This document shows, one piece after another, positions 50,466 through 63,400 of a stretch of DNA of 64,000 bases. The notes beneath the pieces were generated by a model, which saw nothing but the letters and a program-made list of their open reading frames with translations, had not been told where the DNA came from and made no database searches. Position numbers and translations under genes: made by a program. Positions within the stretch are counted from its first letter, which is position 1, and every line of letters starts with the position of its first letter. The stretch comes from Azolla caroliniana. Taxonomy: Eukaryota > Plantae > Polypodiophyta. The stretch lies in the NCBI GenBank assembly GCA_043228905.1, contig JBHGNT010000009.1, positions 19,964,001 to 20,028,000 on the forward strand, in the 5' to 3' direction.

Positions 50466-53400
50466 AAATTTCCAGTTGTCCAATTGTCCAAGCCAACCCC
50501 AGTGGAAGTTGTTGATGGATGCATGCTTTCCTCTAGAGCAGTCACCGAAGGCACTATCCCACTATCTTATAGCTCAGGAACCACCAAGAGGTCTTAACAT
50601 TTTATGTTATCACTTCACCGTGACATCCAGACATACTTGGTTTGTCCTGGCTGAAGGCACAAAATCCAATTGTCGATTGCCGCAACCACTCTATTACTTT
50701 CTTGCAAACCAGCTTGGAGGTGCCAACAGTATCTCATGTTGTAGCAGCAATATGGCACAAATCGGGTTCAGGTGCTCACCCTTCCATTAAGTCAAGAATT
50801 AGCTCCAAGGTGGATTTTCATGTCCTAGTCACAACGAGGAAAATAGTGCATAGTGCCTCTATGTTGAGTAGTCCAATGAAGACAACTATCAACTCACTAT
50901 CGTCCAAGTATGAAGACTTGGGGAACGTTGTCGTGAAGATCCATCACTACGTGCGGATCGTGAGGCGGAACCGCTGGGGTTCTGGACCGGAAGGACTCGA
51001 AGTTTGCACTAGCTTTAGCGAGAAAGGAATTAAGATAGATTGAAAGAGAGAGAGATTGAGATAAGATAGAACACTTGACTTTAGATTGAGAGAGATTAAG
51101 ATTGAACTCTTGACTTTAGATTTGAAGAACAAGATTGATACATCAATTGGATAACGAATTTCTTACTTTTAAATTCTTGATTAATACATCACTCTCGTTT
51201 TTCTTCTTCATCCACTCTTTTATAGACGCCCCCATGCATATGATGCATGTGAGGGTACAAGACATGCATACAATGCATGGAATGCATGTGATGCATGTTT
51301 GCCATTTGGCGCTCATGCATTAATGTGATGCATGATAACCATGTCACTCGATCAAGCTCTAATATGATAATTTGGTCTGTCCATTCCGAATCCGGTTCTG
51401 TTGCCGGTGTTGGTTCCGTCACCGTCCGGTGCCGGTGTCGGTTCTGGCTCCGTCGTCGTCCGATTTCGGTTCCGCCAAAACCATTACAAGTAGTTAAGCC
51501 ATAGTTCAACCCAAGAACATTTTGTGCTCCACTCATAGACAAAAAGTAATAAGTTCTAGCTCTGCTTATATATTGTGGGATCCGGATTTGTCCTATCTAT
51601 GTGGGATATCTCACAGTTTTTGTTTTTCTCTTCTTCTTCTCAAACTTCACACTCACATAACTTGACACTAAGTTGTCCATTTCACATGTAGTAAAATGGA
51701 TTCGGAAGCTCTTGAAGACATCCATCTTTTCATACCAAGATATAAAATAATATCTTCATTATTATTGTTTCATATTGTGTGTGAAGAACCACACTCGATT
51801 TTGTACATTCCATGCAATTTTCACACCGTTGCCAAAAATCTTCACGATAACGTGTTTGAGCCCAAGCATCGACCCTACGACTGTCTTATCGATTTGCAAG
51901 AAGGTGTCAATTCTACCTTCAGCCCAATTTATGGATTGTCGGAACCAGAACTCTAGGCACTCCAAACTTATCTCAATGAAAACCTTGGAAAGGTTTTTAA
52001 TCAACCCTCAAAATCACCAACAAGAGCTCCTATTTTGTTTGTGAAAAACGAAAGATGGTTCCTTACGCCTCTGCGTTGACTATCGGGGTCTAAAAAAGAT
52101 TATTGTTCACAGTAGCTACCCGTTGTGTCTCATCCTAGAATTGTTGGATCGACTCCGAACTGGGAGGATCTTCTCTAATATCGACCTACGGGGAGGAGCA
52201 TACAACCTGGTACAAATCAAACCTGGAAATGAATGGAAAACCTCCTTTAGAACGTGCTACAGTCATTTCAAGTATAAGGTAATGCCTTTCGGCCTCACTA
52301 ATGCCCCTACAATATTTTAGCATATGATGAATGACATCTTCCAAGAATATCTAGATCACTTTGTTGTGACCCATCTGGATGATATCTTGGTCTTCTCTTC
52401 GAACATCAAGGAGCATACTCAACATGTCAGGTTAGTCCTCACCAAACTTTGAGAGCATGGACTCTATGCTAAAAGTTCAAAATGTGAATTTCATCGTACT
52501 TCTATAGAGTTTCTTGGGTATGTCATCTCGACACAGGGAATCACAATGGACACACAGAAAGTCAAGACTATTCAAGAGTGATTTGTCCCAACTCGGGTAC
52601 GAGATGTGCAATCATTTCTTGGTTTTGCCAATTTTTATCATCGTTCAATCAAACGATTTTCAGTGGTTGCACAAACTCTCATTGCTCTTACCTGCAAGGA
52701 TGCTACTTTCTAATGGACAATAGCTGCACAAAAGGCGTTCGACTTGTTGAAACAAGCGTTTACTACGGCACCTGTCCTTTTACATCCTGACCCCACTAAG
52801 CCTTTCCAAGTCGAAACGGATGCTTCCGATTTCGCCATTGAGCGATCCTCTCCTAGCCAGATGAGGTCAGTGTGCTTCACCCGGTGGCTTACTACTCCCG
52901 CAAATTAATGGCCCAGAAATCAACTACCCTGTATATGACAAGGAGCTTCTCGCTATTATTGTTGCTTTCGAATAATGGAGACCCTATTTGGCCGGAGCGC
53001 AACACCGTATCCAAGTGGTTACTGATCACAAAAACCTAATATACTTTTCTACCACACAAACTTTAAATCGTAGACATGCGCGTTGGTCAACCTTCTTGGC
53101 AAACTATGATTTTGAGATAATCTTCCAACCTGGCGCTCAACACACGAAGACCGATGTCTTATCCCATCGATTTGAGTTTGAGCTCACTCCGAAGCATGAA
53201 GCCTATGTCCAGCAGTTCCAAATTTTGTTAAAGGCCTGATCAATTCTACAACTTCACGACTTGCTTGCTCCAGGATGACTCTTTGCTCAAGAAAATAGCA
53301 AAAGTCACTACGAATAACAAGTTCACCACAGAGATCAAGGCACGTATCACAAACCCCTCCCATGAACCCAAAAGGCCCAATTTAGTTCGTTTTACAATTC

Positions 53401-55116
53401 AAGGTAATCTTTTGTATGTCCCAGAAGGTCCGTGTTGGACTACAGTGCTCCAAGAGTGTCATGATGATCCACTTGTTGGTCATTTTGGCATTGCGAAAAC
53501 CTTGGAGTTGATATCTCGAGGGTATTGGTGGTCGCAACCATGGAAATTGGTCAAAGAGTTTGTTAAGTCATGCGACACTTGTGCTCACTCTAAAGCATCT
53601 CATTATCGATCATATGGTCTCCTTCAACCTCTCCCAATCCCCAAACGGCCTTGGGTCTCTCTTTCCATGGATTTCATCACTTACCTTCCCTTTGTTGTTG
53701 TCTATGACTCAGTGTTTGTCGTGGTTGATCGCTTCACCACGATGGCCTATTTAGCTCCATGTGCCAAAACCATTATCGGAGAGGAGATAGCCAATTTGTT
53801 TTTCAAAAATGTTGTATGGACTCCTGGATGATATTACTTCTAATCAAGGACCACAATTTGTTTCCAATTTCTGGTGGTGCCTTCTGCAAACCTTTGGCTA
53901 TACTATGAATCTATCTTTAGTCTATCATCTGCAAGCCGATGGACAAACAGAGCGGGTTAACCAAATCCTCGAACAATACTTGCGGTTCTCTCTGAGTTAC
54001 CAACAAGATGACCGGGTTGACCTTCTCCCACTTGCTGCGTTCGCCTACAACAACTCTCCGCATGCATCTAAGGGAGTTACTCCATTTTTTGCAAACTACG
54101 GTCTTCACCCTCGCTTCAACATTTCTCTTCCCTCTGACTCTGGAAATCTTCTACGGAGGACCATGCACATCTCTTGGAGGATTTACATCGCAACCTTTCC
54201 TTGGAGCTCACCTTCATTGGAGAATGCTACAAGGAGCAAGCTGATTGTCTTTGCTCAGATGCCCCTTGGTTCAAGGTAGGTGACTTTTTTTGGCTTCTCC
54301 GTCGCAATATTGCCACCAGTCGTCCTTGTCCAAAGCTCAATTACAAGAAGTTAGGCCCTTTCCCAATCATCGAGAAAATTGGTTCCATGGTTGTCCGCTT
54401 AGAGCTACCATTTCACTTCCTTATTCATAATATATTCCATGTCTCCCTTCTTGAACCTTACCATATATCTGAAATCCCAGTCGACACCCTTCTCCTCCAC
54501 CACCAATACAGCTCTCGACCGGAGAAAAATATAAGGTGGTTGGCGACTTCAATAGCTTGTCCTCTGGAAAGGGTATCCGCTCTCCAAAGCAACATGGGAG
54601 CCGGCACACCATCTCAAGCATGCCCCGGACGTAGTTCGAGCATTTCATGAACGGTATCCACAGAAACCGGCCGTGGGTCTTGGGAAGCGGCCTTAGAGGG
54701 AGGATAATGTCATAAACAGGATGCCACATGGAATGTAGAGGGTTGAACCCATGACCTTCTGGTCTTATTGAGCAACCTTACCAATTAAGATACATCCATT
54801 TATATAAAATTCAACTTATTATATTGTAGATTAATCACTAGAACTTTCAAGAAACTTCTAGAGAATGCATCTTCATGCACTCTCTAGAAGTTTCCTAACT
54901 TACAATCAAGGTGAACAACACCAGTTACGGAAACATAATTCAATTATTGTTCTCTTTTCTATTTTCTCTCTCTCGTTCTTGTTCTCTTGTCTATGCTCTC
55001 TCTCTCTCTCTCGTAGTACCGAGCCTCATCTACTCGTCCATAACAGTCTCTATCCCTTCTCTTGCTTATTTTCTCTTTCTCTTTTAGTATTTAGCCTCGT
55101 CTACTCGTCCATGACA
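50466..55116 (+). mobile_element. Ty3/Gypsy chromovirus pol and 3' LTR (54708-55116), decayed
   Basis: [57 protein letters not shown], chromodomain WKGYPLSKATWEP; PPT AGAGGGAGGATAA; LTR TGTCAT..ATGACA with duplicated U5 end (55045/55116). Confidence 0.92.
50929..51849 (-). mobile_element. 921-bp LTR-like insertion with 12-bp terminal inverted repeat and 4-bp TSD
   Basis: TGTCGTGAAGAT..ATCTTCACGATA; flanks ACGT/ACGT; interrupts host pol KYEDLGNV|FE; CTATAAAAG on - strand near 51220. Confidence 0.75.
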
Positions 55117-56001
55117 GTTTCGAGCCTACGGGTGAAAATTTCAGAATGACTCCCCGAAACCGACTCCGAACTAAAATTACTCAAACAATTACTCAAACTC
55201 GGGGAGGATCGGTTGATCAGTCTAAGCCAATTGGAGCACGGTCAATGGAGACGAAAAGCATTCGTCAACCGCCATCGCAAAGGGACCAAAACATTATTCG
55301 AAATTGGCAAGGTAGTCCTCATTTTTCAAATTCGGCCGTAATCGATGCAAGGGAAACTCCGTTTCCGTTGGACAGAACCTTTTTGGATCATCAACAAGTT
55401 CAACCGGACGTTCCAACTCAGTACACTAGCCAGAGACATCATGCCAAAATGGGTTAATGGATTCTGATTAAAGCCATATCTCGGGCCTACACCACTCAAC
55501 CCATTTGCCGACAAACGCCACGGTCACAAGTACCCCACAGTAGGTGAAATGGAGGATCATGGGGGCACATCGCCCAATTTACGGTAACTACCCCACCTAC
55601 CTGAAAATGTATATTATGTGTATACATGTATATTAAGTGAAGAAAAAAAAAACAGGGACCCACTAAGTTAAATATTTAAGCAGCATGCACGCCACGCGAG
55701 AAAAGCAAGTACAAACCATTTCCAACGCGTGGCCTTAAAACCTCATTATGGTAGGTTAGATTCGAAATCTATGGCACAAGGCCACGACTCGAGAACCGAG
55801 GTGTATAAAAAAAGAAGGGCACCACAGGCCAAGAGCTCCCTTACACACAAAAGCTCATAGCCCTTGAGCTCTCTCGCCTCCTGCACAGAAGCTCTCCCGC
55901 TCCCAGCACAGAAACCACCCTCGCCCCCTTTGTTATTCTTCATCTTCCGCGTCAGACATAACGCTCGAAGTTTCCATGGATCTCCGCACCTGGATGAATA
56001 G

Positions 56002-57175
56002 TGTTGAGAGATCAAGCTCAACTTAGTTTAGTTAGTTAGCCAACCATGTAACTTCGTAGTTACCTAGATAGAATCTAGTTAGAAGTGTTGACTATAACGT
56101 CTTAAATAGGACCTTGTATTTAAGTGGGATACTCTAGATCCTCCACTCCTAAGTACATTTAATATAGGACTTACACTTTTGTACCTATATTCTCCTCACA
56201 CATGTGCACCCTTGCACATGAGATCTATATATATCTCATTGTAGGTATTTTTGTATTTGATGATGATAATGCTAATTTAATATACTTACTCATCCCCCAT
56301 CTTGTGTTGATCATAAGTGTACTTCTCTCTCTCTAACTCTCACACACATACACACACATCACTTAATCTTCCGCTTAACTTAATCATATAATTAGGTACT
56401 AATTAACCCTTGCTTAATTACCTAATTATTAACATGGTATCAGAGTGTGTGGTTTAGCACATCCACTAAGCCCATCCGCCTCTTCATAATTGTGTGTTCG
56501 AAATGCCAATGACAAATTCCGACTATCCGCTACCGTAGTGCCGCTACGTAGCACGAGTACGTGATCGAAGGAAGAAATGCCAAATGGAAGACACTACATC
56601 AAAGTGAACACACAAATGGGTAGCTCGCTCCCTAGTGAAAAGCTAGACTGGAGCAATTATTCATCTTGGGAGTACAAGATGACCCAATACCTTGTCGGCC
56701 AAGGGTATTGGAGCTACATCAACGACGCACAGAAAATCAACCCGACTCAAAGAATGCCGACTACGCAACATGGGAGTAAGCAACAAGTCGAGTCATGTAT
56801 TTCTTGGCAACATGTGTCCACGACCACATGCTTAGCCACTTCCAAGATGCCAAGACGCCTAAAGAAGCGTGGGCGAACTTAAAGAAAATGTTGGCCACCA
56901 ACACAACCGCCCAACACAACTGCCCGAAAGCTTCAACTTTGACAAGAATTGAACAACATTCAGCAAAAAGACATGTCCGTATCAGACTACACCGCCAAGA
57001 TCAAGAGCATTTGCAACTCACTTGGCTCCATCAAAATAAACGTCAACGAAGACAAGATTGTTCAAGTATGCTTCGGCAGCCTCACACAACGATTCGACTC
57101 GTTGAGGACGGGAAATCCTCCTTCGTTCTTCGACCTTCAATCAATGTTAATGGTTGAAGAGAACCACGTCCAAAC
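56002..57175 (+). mobile_element. Second 5' Copia fragment of the 49441 family: LTR 56002-56434, PBS, truncated gag
   Basis: Collinear with 49441-50465; PBS TGGTATCAGAG 56435-56445; gag ends at LQSMLMVEENH. Confidence 0.9.
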
Positions 57176-57385
57176 CACAGGGAAAGGTGGGGATTGAACC
57201 CAAGACCTCATGGTTTCTACTAGGCAACCCTACCAATTGAGCTACATATGTAGCCTTATACCAACCTCCTATAGTGAATATTGGAAGTTCCTAGCTTACA
57301 TGCATCCTCACTTCTAGCTTGCACACATTCTCATGCATTCTCTATTGCATGCATCCTCATGCATACTCTATTTCGAGTTGGCTTA

Positions 57386-57821
57386 TGTTAGATCTTATGT
57401 CTAATGTAAGCATATATGAAATAAGAAAGGAGAGAGAGAAAGAAGGGTGTCGATCCACCCGACCACCCCCGAGCGAAGGGATCGAGACGGACTCGAGCCT
57501 CGATCGGCATCCCATACCACCATCGTGGCGTCGAGTCATACCTGGTGTTGGCACGCTCACTACAAGAGTTGACCCACCACAAGAACAGAGCCTCTACGTA
57601 GTCAAGAGATGATGAAATGAGGGTAGCTAGGCGTCATATTTATAGCGAGACCAAAGGCCCCAGGCAAGTTCACACTTGGCCTAATGGGTTGTCTCAATCC
57701 CGAGGATTTAAAGTAATCCTCCCCTTCTTTACACTCTTGTTTAACCCTCACACTTATCCACGTGTATAGAATACTATGGTAAATTCTCACCACGGGATAT
57801 TATATGGTCATGCCCGTAACA
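57386..57821. mobile_element. Solo LTR nested in the chromovirus 5' LTR
   Basis: TGTTA..TAACA termini; TSD GCTTA/GTTTA; absent from the partner LTR, which reads ggcttacatagccc near 59871. Confidence 0.85.
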
Positions 57822-59030
57822 GTTTACATAGCCCTACCTTCTTGTATAAATACTCAGGTGCACCTTGATTCTAATCAAGGTGAACAACACCAGTTACGGA
57901 TTCTATAAGTTGAGTTCTTGTTCTTTTCCTCTCTCTTGTTTTCTAGTCTTGTCTTCTCTCCACTCTATTATACTTGTCCTTGACAGTTTGTTCACCTTCC
58001 CCTCTTCTTGCTACCATGTCCGGCTCCATCGACAACCTAAACCAAGTCATGGCAGCCTTGCAACAACTTCAGGTAGAGAATAAAATCCTTCGGAAGTCAT
58101 TACGAGAGTTGCAATCTGGCACTTCAAGAAATCCACCACCTGCTAAGTCACAACCACTGTCGGCACTTAGCCCAACCACGTCCTCTTCCCATCCATATGT
58201 CAACGAACCAACCATCAGCCTACCAGACAAATTCAACGGCACGAGGGCGTATCTTCGTGGCTTCATCAACCAAATTCAGCTTATCATCCGGTTACAGCCC
58301 CAACGGTATGCTAATGACTTTTCTCTGGTTGGGCTTGTCGGCATGCTTCTCTCCGGGCCGGCATAAGTGTTCTTTGTACCCTTGATCGAGATCTCATCCC
58401 CTCTCTTAGAAAACTTCACCGCTTTCATTGAGGAGCTTGAAGCAACATTTGGCGAGACAGACCGCAACGAATGTCACTCACAAAGCTTTATTCTTTCCAA
58501 CAAGGCTCACATCCACCCTCAGTCTACGCCTCAGAGTTTCGTCAGATTGCCTGCAATGTCAGTTGGGATGACCAAGCCCTATGCAACCATTTCCGTCACA
58601 ATCTCTAAAACTATGTCAAGACTCTTCTCTTAAACTTCTCGAAGCCCACATCATTGTCTCAAGTAATCTCCCAAGCTGTCCAGTGTGACAACCGTCTCTT
58701 CAAACTTCGTCAAGAATAACGGGGGTCTCAGGCTTCTTCCCGAAACGCATCAATCACCAGGCCCTACTTGTCTCCCATGCCAACCTTACCAGCACCTAGT
58801 GATACCCATACCACAACGGAGGTCGATTTCCATACCCCGATGGAGATCTACCACGTTCGGTTCCAACCACTAACTGAAGCACAACACCAACATCACCTGG
58901 ACAATGGACTCTGTCTCTATTGTGGCAACCCCGGCCATGCCATCCGCCACTGCCCGGTGCGGGGCTCGTGGCACCAATTCCATCGTGCTCATCTTGCGGA
59001 GGCTACTCGACAACAAGAAAACGACCAAGT

Positions 59031-59635
59031 TGCCGAGAACTACACGTCCCCTATGCGCAACGCTCGGCCACAACCGAGCTTAGAATCATACACAAAAAAA
59101 CAGGAATGAATGCACGACACAGTGAAGAGAAGAGTACACAAGATGTTTACATGGAAAACCCAAACTAGGGAAAAAACCACGGCAGCCCACAGGCTGCAAA
59201 CTATCACTATGTTACAGTGTACAACAGTAAAGCACCGAGGCAACAACCTCGAGCTTTCTATCTTCACCATAGGCGGCAGTTACAACAGAGGCAACGACCT
59301 CTTCCTCTCTCTGTACACACTTACGCGCTCTAATCTCTTGTGCCAACAAGAATGACAACAACACTCTACTTCACAATAAGTTTGCCCTAAGTCATATTTA
59401 TACTAATATGACTTTTTGGCTATTTACAAATATAGTCTCGATGGACTCTCAGAAACATATTTACAAATATGTCTCTTCATCCGGTGAGCACTCCTCACCG
59501 GGTCTGCACCATCCGGCTCTTCGTAGTCGGGGCTCTCCGAAGCCAGGTACTCCTCATCCGGTTTCGGCCTCGGCCGAGTTTGCTCATCAGCACTGTTCTT
59601 CTCCCTTCCCATCCGGAGGGACCTGTCTCCCAACA
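59031..59635 (-). mobile_element. Solo LTR of the 45152 family inserted at the end of gag
   Basis: Reverse-complement similarity to 45152-45909; TSD CAAGT (59026-59030, 59636-59640). Confidence 0.9.
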
Positions 59636-60034
59636 CAAGTTTGGTTGTAGTAGGAGCCATGTCGTTGGACGTTGAACCCAAGACCTCATGGTCTCTATTG
59701 GGCAACCCTACCAATTGAGCTACATATGCATCCTTGTACCAAATCCAACTTCATGTAGTGTAGGTTGAACATTGGAAGTTCCTAGCTTGCATGCATCCTC
59801 ATTTCTAGCTTGCACACATTCTCATGCATTCTTTATTGCATGCATCCTCATGCATACTCTATTCCTAGCTGGCTTACATAGCCCTACCTTCTTGTATAAA
59901 TACTCAGGTGCACCTTGATTCTAATCAAGGTGAACAACACCGGTTACGGATTTTATAAGTTGAGTTCTTGTTCTTTTCCTCTCTCTTGTTTTCTAGTCTT
60001 GTCTTTGCTCTACTCTATTATACTTGTCCGTGAC

Positions 60035-61716
60035 TGGCAGCATCAAATGTTTCGGGAGTTGGAGGATGAAAAATATACATTGTGTGAGTTCCTCCACGAG
60101 CTGCAGACCACAATGCAAAGAGATCGGGAGAGATACCAGCAGGAGATGGATGGGGAAAAGATTCGACTCCTCCGAAGGTACAAACAACACGCAAAGCTGA
60201 TGGAGTCAAGGTTGCAGGACTAAGCACCTCGTACCAACTCCGAACAGCTCAGCTTGAACTCAACACTATGACTGCCAAAGAGGCAATGAACACTCTTCGT
60301 GTCAAGTATGAAATGGGCGAAGAGTGAATCAAGGCGTTGATTGCGAAAAACCGGCAGAAGCTGAACCAGAAGTCGAAGAGGCACTCGCTCGAGGTTGGAA
60401 AGAGTAGTCGGCTCAAGCAGCCGAGTTACAAATATTCTGACCAGATGCCAAGAATAAAAAAAGGAGAGCCGCGGATTCTATAAAATGGATGAGAGTAGTA
60501 TTCATGTGCTCCGAGAGGACCTCACTAAGGAGTTCCACGTTGTGGCTCAGACACATACCATAGCGATCGGAACCCTCCTTGAGGAATTCAATGACGATCA
60601 ACTCCTCGCCATTGAAGCGGATAGGTACGAATGCGAGCGCCTCCGGGACGAGAAGGAAGCACTAGCCTCGGCACAAGCATCGGCAGAAGTCTTGCCCGAA
60701 AATGCAACATCAACGCTAAAAGAGGAAGATGTGATGCGCCCAGAACAAGAGCAGGAGTCGGTTCCCGATCAGGACAAGAAACTGAAGCAGGAGGAGGAGA
60801 CCGAGCACGTCCAGGAGCTGAAGCAAGAAGAGGTGACTCGACATCCAGATGAACAAGACGTCTCCGAGGGAACCATTCCAAAGAATGTGGAGCAAGAACA
60901 AAGGGTTGATCTTGTGACCAATCTTCAACCCAAGGAGTCGGCGCCAGTGGAGGGCATCACGACGATTTTGGAGGAAGACTAATGTACCATAGAATTTTTT
61001 AATTCTTTTGATTTTTTTGGATGGCCATATGTACTCAGTTTTTCGATTTTTTCGAACTGCGCCTTTTTGGAATAATTTTCGGGTTCCACATGCAAGGCAT
61101 TGTCCCACGGGCGAGCCATGTGTTATCCATAGGACAAAAGGAACAAGATGTGAAAAGGATCATTAAGGATAAATGCATAGGACAAGTGTGAAAAGGTGAA
61201 AAGAGCCGAGCACTAGCAGCCGAGGGAGAAAGTAACTGAAATACAAGCAGTTGAGAACAAAGGCCGAGGATTAGGCGGAAGTAGTTTGAGCATGCCAAGA
61301 GGAGGGGAAGTTATATAAATCGTGAAGTGGTGAAAGCACAAGGGGGGGGCAGAGGCAGATATACCTATTCGGAGTCAAAGTGACTAAGCCTAATCCTAGA
61401 ATTGTATTGAGTGAGTGAGCAATATCGATTATACTCGGTTTTGTACTATCATTATATTATCTGTTAAGTAATCAAATACCTATACCTTTTGGGTCAATCT
61501 CTATGCATGTCTCGTTTCAAATCTATTTCTACTTGTGTTGTCTGTTCTGTGAGTCGTGATTACAAATCGGTTGTAGCAAATTCTCGGAGTATCTCTAGCA
61601 GTAGGGTGTAACGCTTCGGCCCTACTTGGCCCTACCTTAGTCTCTTACGCAACCACAATTCCTTGACCCGATTACTCAAGAGGACTAATCGAAGGTGTTA
61701 TCCAGGAGGGGTAACA
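60035..61716 (+). mobile_element. Probable 3' end of an LTR retrotransposon: decayed coiled-coil/acidic extra ORF plus LTR 61121-61716
   Basis: Interrupted E/Q/K/R-rich reading frames 60047-60982; TGTTATCCAT..GGTAACA termini and TATATAAAT box. Confidence 0.55.
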
Positions 61717-63400
61717 AAACAGAAGAAAGATTGCTAGTGGAATGTGTTTCTTTTGTTCCTTGGAATTGGAAAATTCTCAGCATCAATTTTGTTCATGCCC
61801 AATGGATAGAATGGTTTGGAGGTGTATTGACTTAGTGTGGATGTCCTTGATTAGAGGAAGACTATCTTCATTCAATTGGGTTTTTGCATACATATGTGGA
61901 GAACAATGAAGTGATGCCCCATTTCCAAAATAATTTTGAGTTCTTGAGGTATTGGGGGCTATAGTTCAATTGGAATATGCGGAATGCCCTCACTTTTGAT
62001 TCACAAGTTGGGGAGAGGAAATATGTTGCAAAGTTAAAAGGGCTTCTTTTGTAGCAATTAACAATGTTAGAAAAGTCACAATATCTCTACCATGAAGAAA
62101 TCCAAGTCTACAAGTTGATTGCCATCATATTTGTCATCGGAATTTGTGTGTAGGATGAGATCGAGTTCATAGTATTTAGATCCCCAAAGCTCTAAAGGTG
62201 GTTGTAATGAAAGGCATTATTTGAAATATGTAAAAACTAATAAAGAGGTGTGGAAGAAGGGTCCCAAACCCAAGGCCGAAGACTAGAAGTTTAACAATTT
62301 ACCACTATGGTTAGCTAATTACATTAAAGAGAGAGAGAGAGAGAGAGAAGGTTTTGGCAACATCAAGGTTGTTGAGGTGGGAAGGTAAACAAATTCTTAA
62401 CCTTTAATTTAATCGGATGGCTAGATTGGGTTTGGTAAGAGTTAAGGATGCTATGTTGGTTTCACAAAGAAGATTAATGGCTTTCGAACAATAAGATCAA
62501 CATTTCGTATTCCAAAAGGTTATAACTTTATTTGGGATAAGTTGCAACAAATACTATCTTCGCATGAGCCAATTCCTGATTTAGATGGGCAATCTCAAGA
62601 GCTTGATTGGAGGTTTGTTGGAAATAAGAGATTGACTATGATCTCAACGAATGTTGCTTATCACAAGTTGATTGACAAACATAAATGGTTGGAAGAAAGG
62701 GTTATAAAGATATGGGGTTTTCATAAGCCCATTACTTGGTGGTTTCATGTGATCAAGGCAGGTTGGTGTTCTCAATTGATGCTACGAGCCAATGTATTTA
62801 TTTGGAGAGTTATGGTTGGAGCTTTACCATTAGGGGATGCATTAAAAAGAAGAAACATTACTAAAGGATTGTGTTTCTTTTGTTCGGTGGAATTGGAACA
62901 TAATAGGCATCGATTTATTTCATGCCCGATGGCAAGGATGGTTTGGAGGTGTATCAGTTTAGTGTGGATGTCTCTAACTGGAGTAAGTCTATCTTCCTTC
63001 AGTTGGGTTTTTGCACATATGGAGAACAATGAACCGATGCCTCATTTTCAAATTATTTTTGAGTTCTTGAGGTATTGGGGGCTATGGTTCAATTGGAATA
63101 TGCGGAATGCCTTCATTTTTTATTCACAAGTTGGGGTGAGAAAATATGTTCTTAAGTTAAAAGGACTTCTTTTGTGGCAATTGACAGTGCTAGAGAAGTC
63201 ACAAAATCTCAACCAAGAAGAGAGAACTCTACAAGGTCACATATCATCATATTCGCCATATGAATTGGTGTGTAGGGTGGCATTGAGTTTGGTGTCGTAG
63301 TTTTCTTTAGATCCCTAGATAGAAGGGGTTCTATAGTTTGTTGTAAGTTAGTCATGGTGGTGTTTTTTCTTTCGTAATGAAAGCCATTATTTACGAAAAG
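61717..63400 (+). mobile_element. Two tandem LINE 3' fragments (zf-RVT)
   Basis: ORF 62542-63300 VFIWRVMVGALP..CFFCSVELEHNRHRFISC..LWFNWNMRN; 61720-62230 is a diverged copy of ~62860-63390. Confidence 0.85.

Larger units (their letters stand above)
57176..60034 (+). mobile_element. Gag-only chromovirus derivative: LTRs ~57176-57985 and ~59671-60034, pol deleted
   Basis: Two similar LTRs ending CTTGTCC(T/G)TGAC; gag from ATG 58016 (EPTISLPDKFNGTR, PMEI..CLYCGNPGHAIRHC) with stops and frameshifts. Confidence 0.88.

Noticed and set aside
55117-56001. Gene or TE between the Gypsy LTR and the Copia LTR
   Set aside because: A TATA-like box and short ORFs are present but nothing could be assigned.
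49441-56434. One full-length element bounded by the 49441 and 56002 LTRs
   Set aside because: Both LTRs are followed by PBS and gag, no PPT precedes the second, and the interior is Gypsy pol.
57185-57250. Functional tRNA genes in the LTRs
   Set aside because: No consistent anticodon arm or 7-bp acceptor stem; treated as tRNA-derived modules only.
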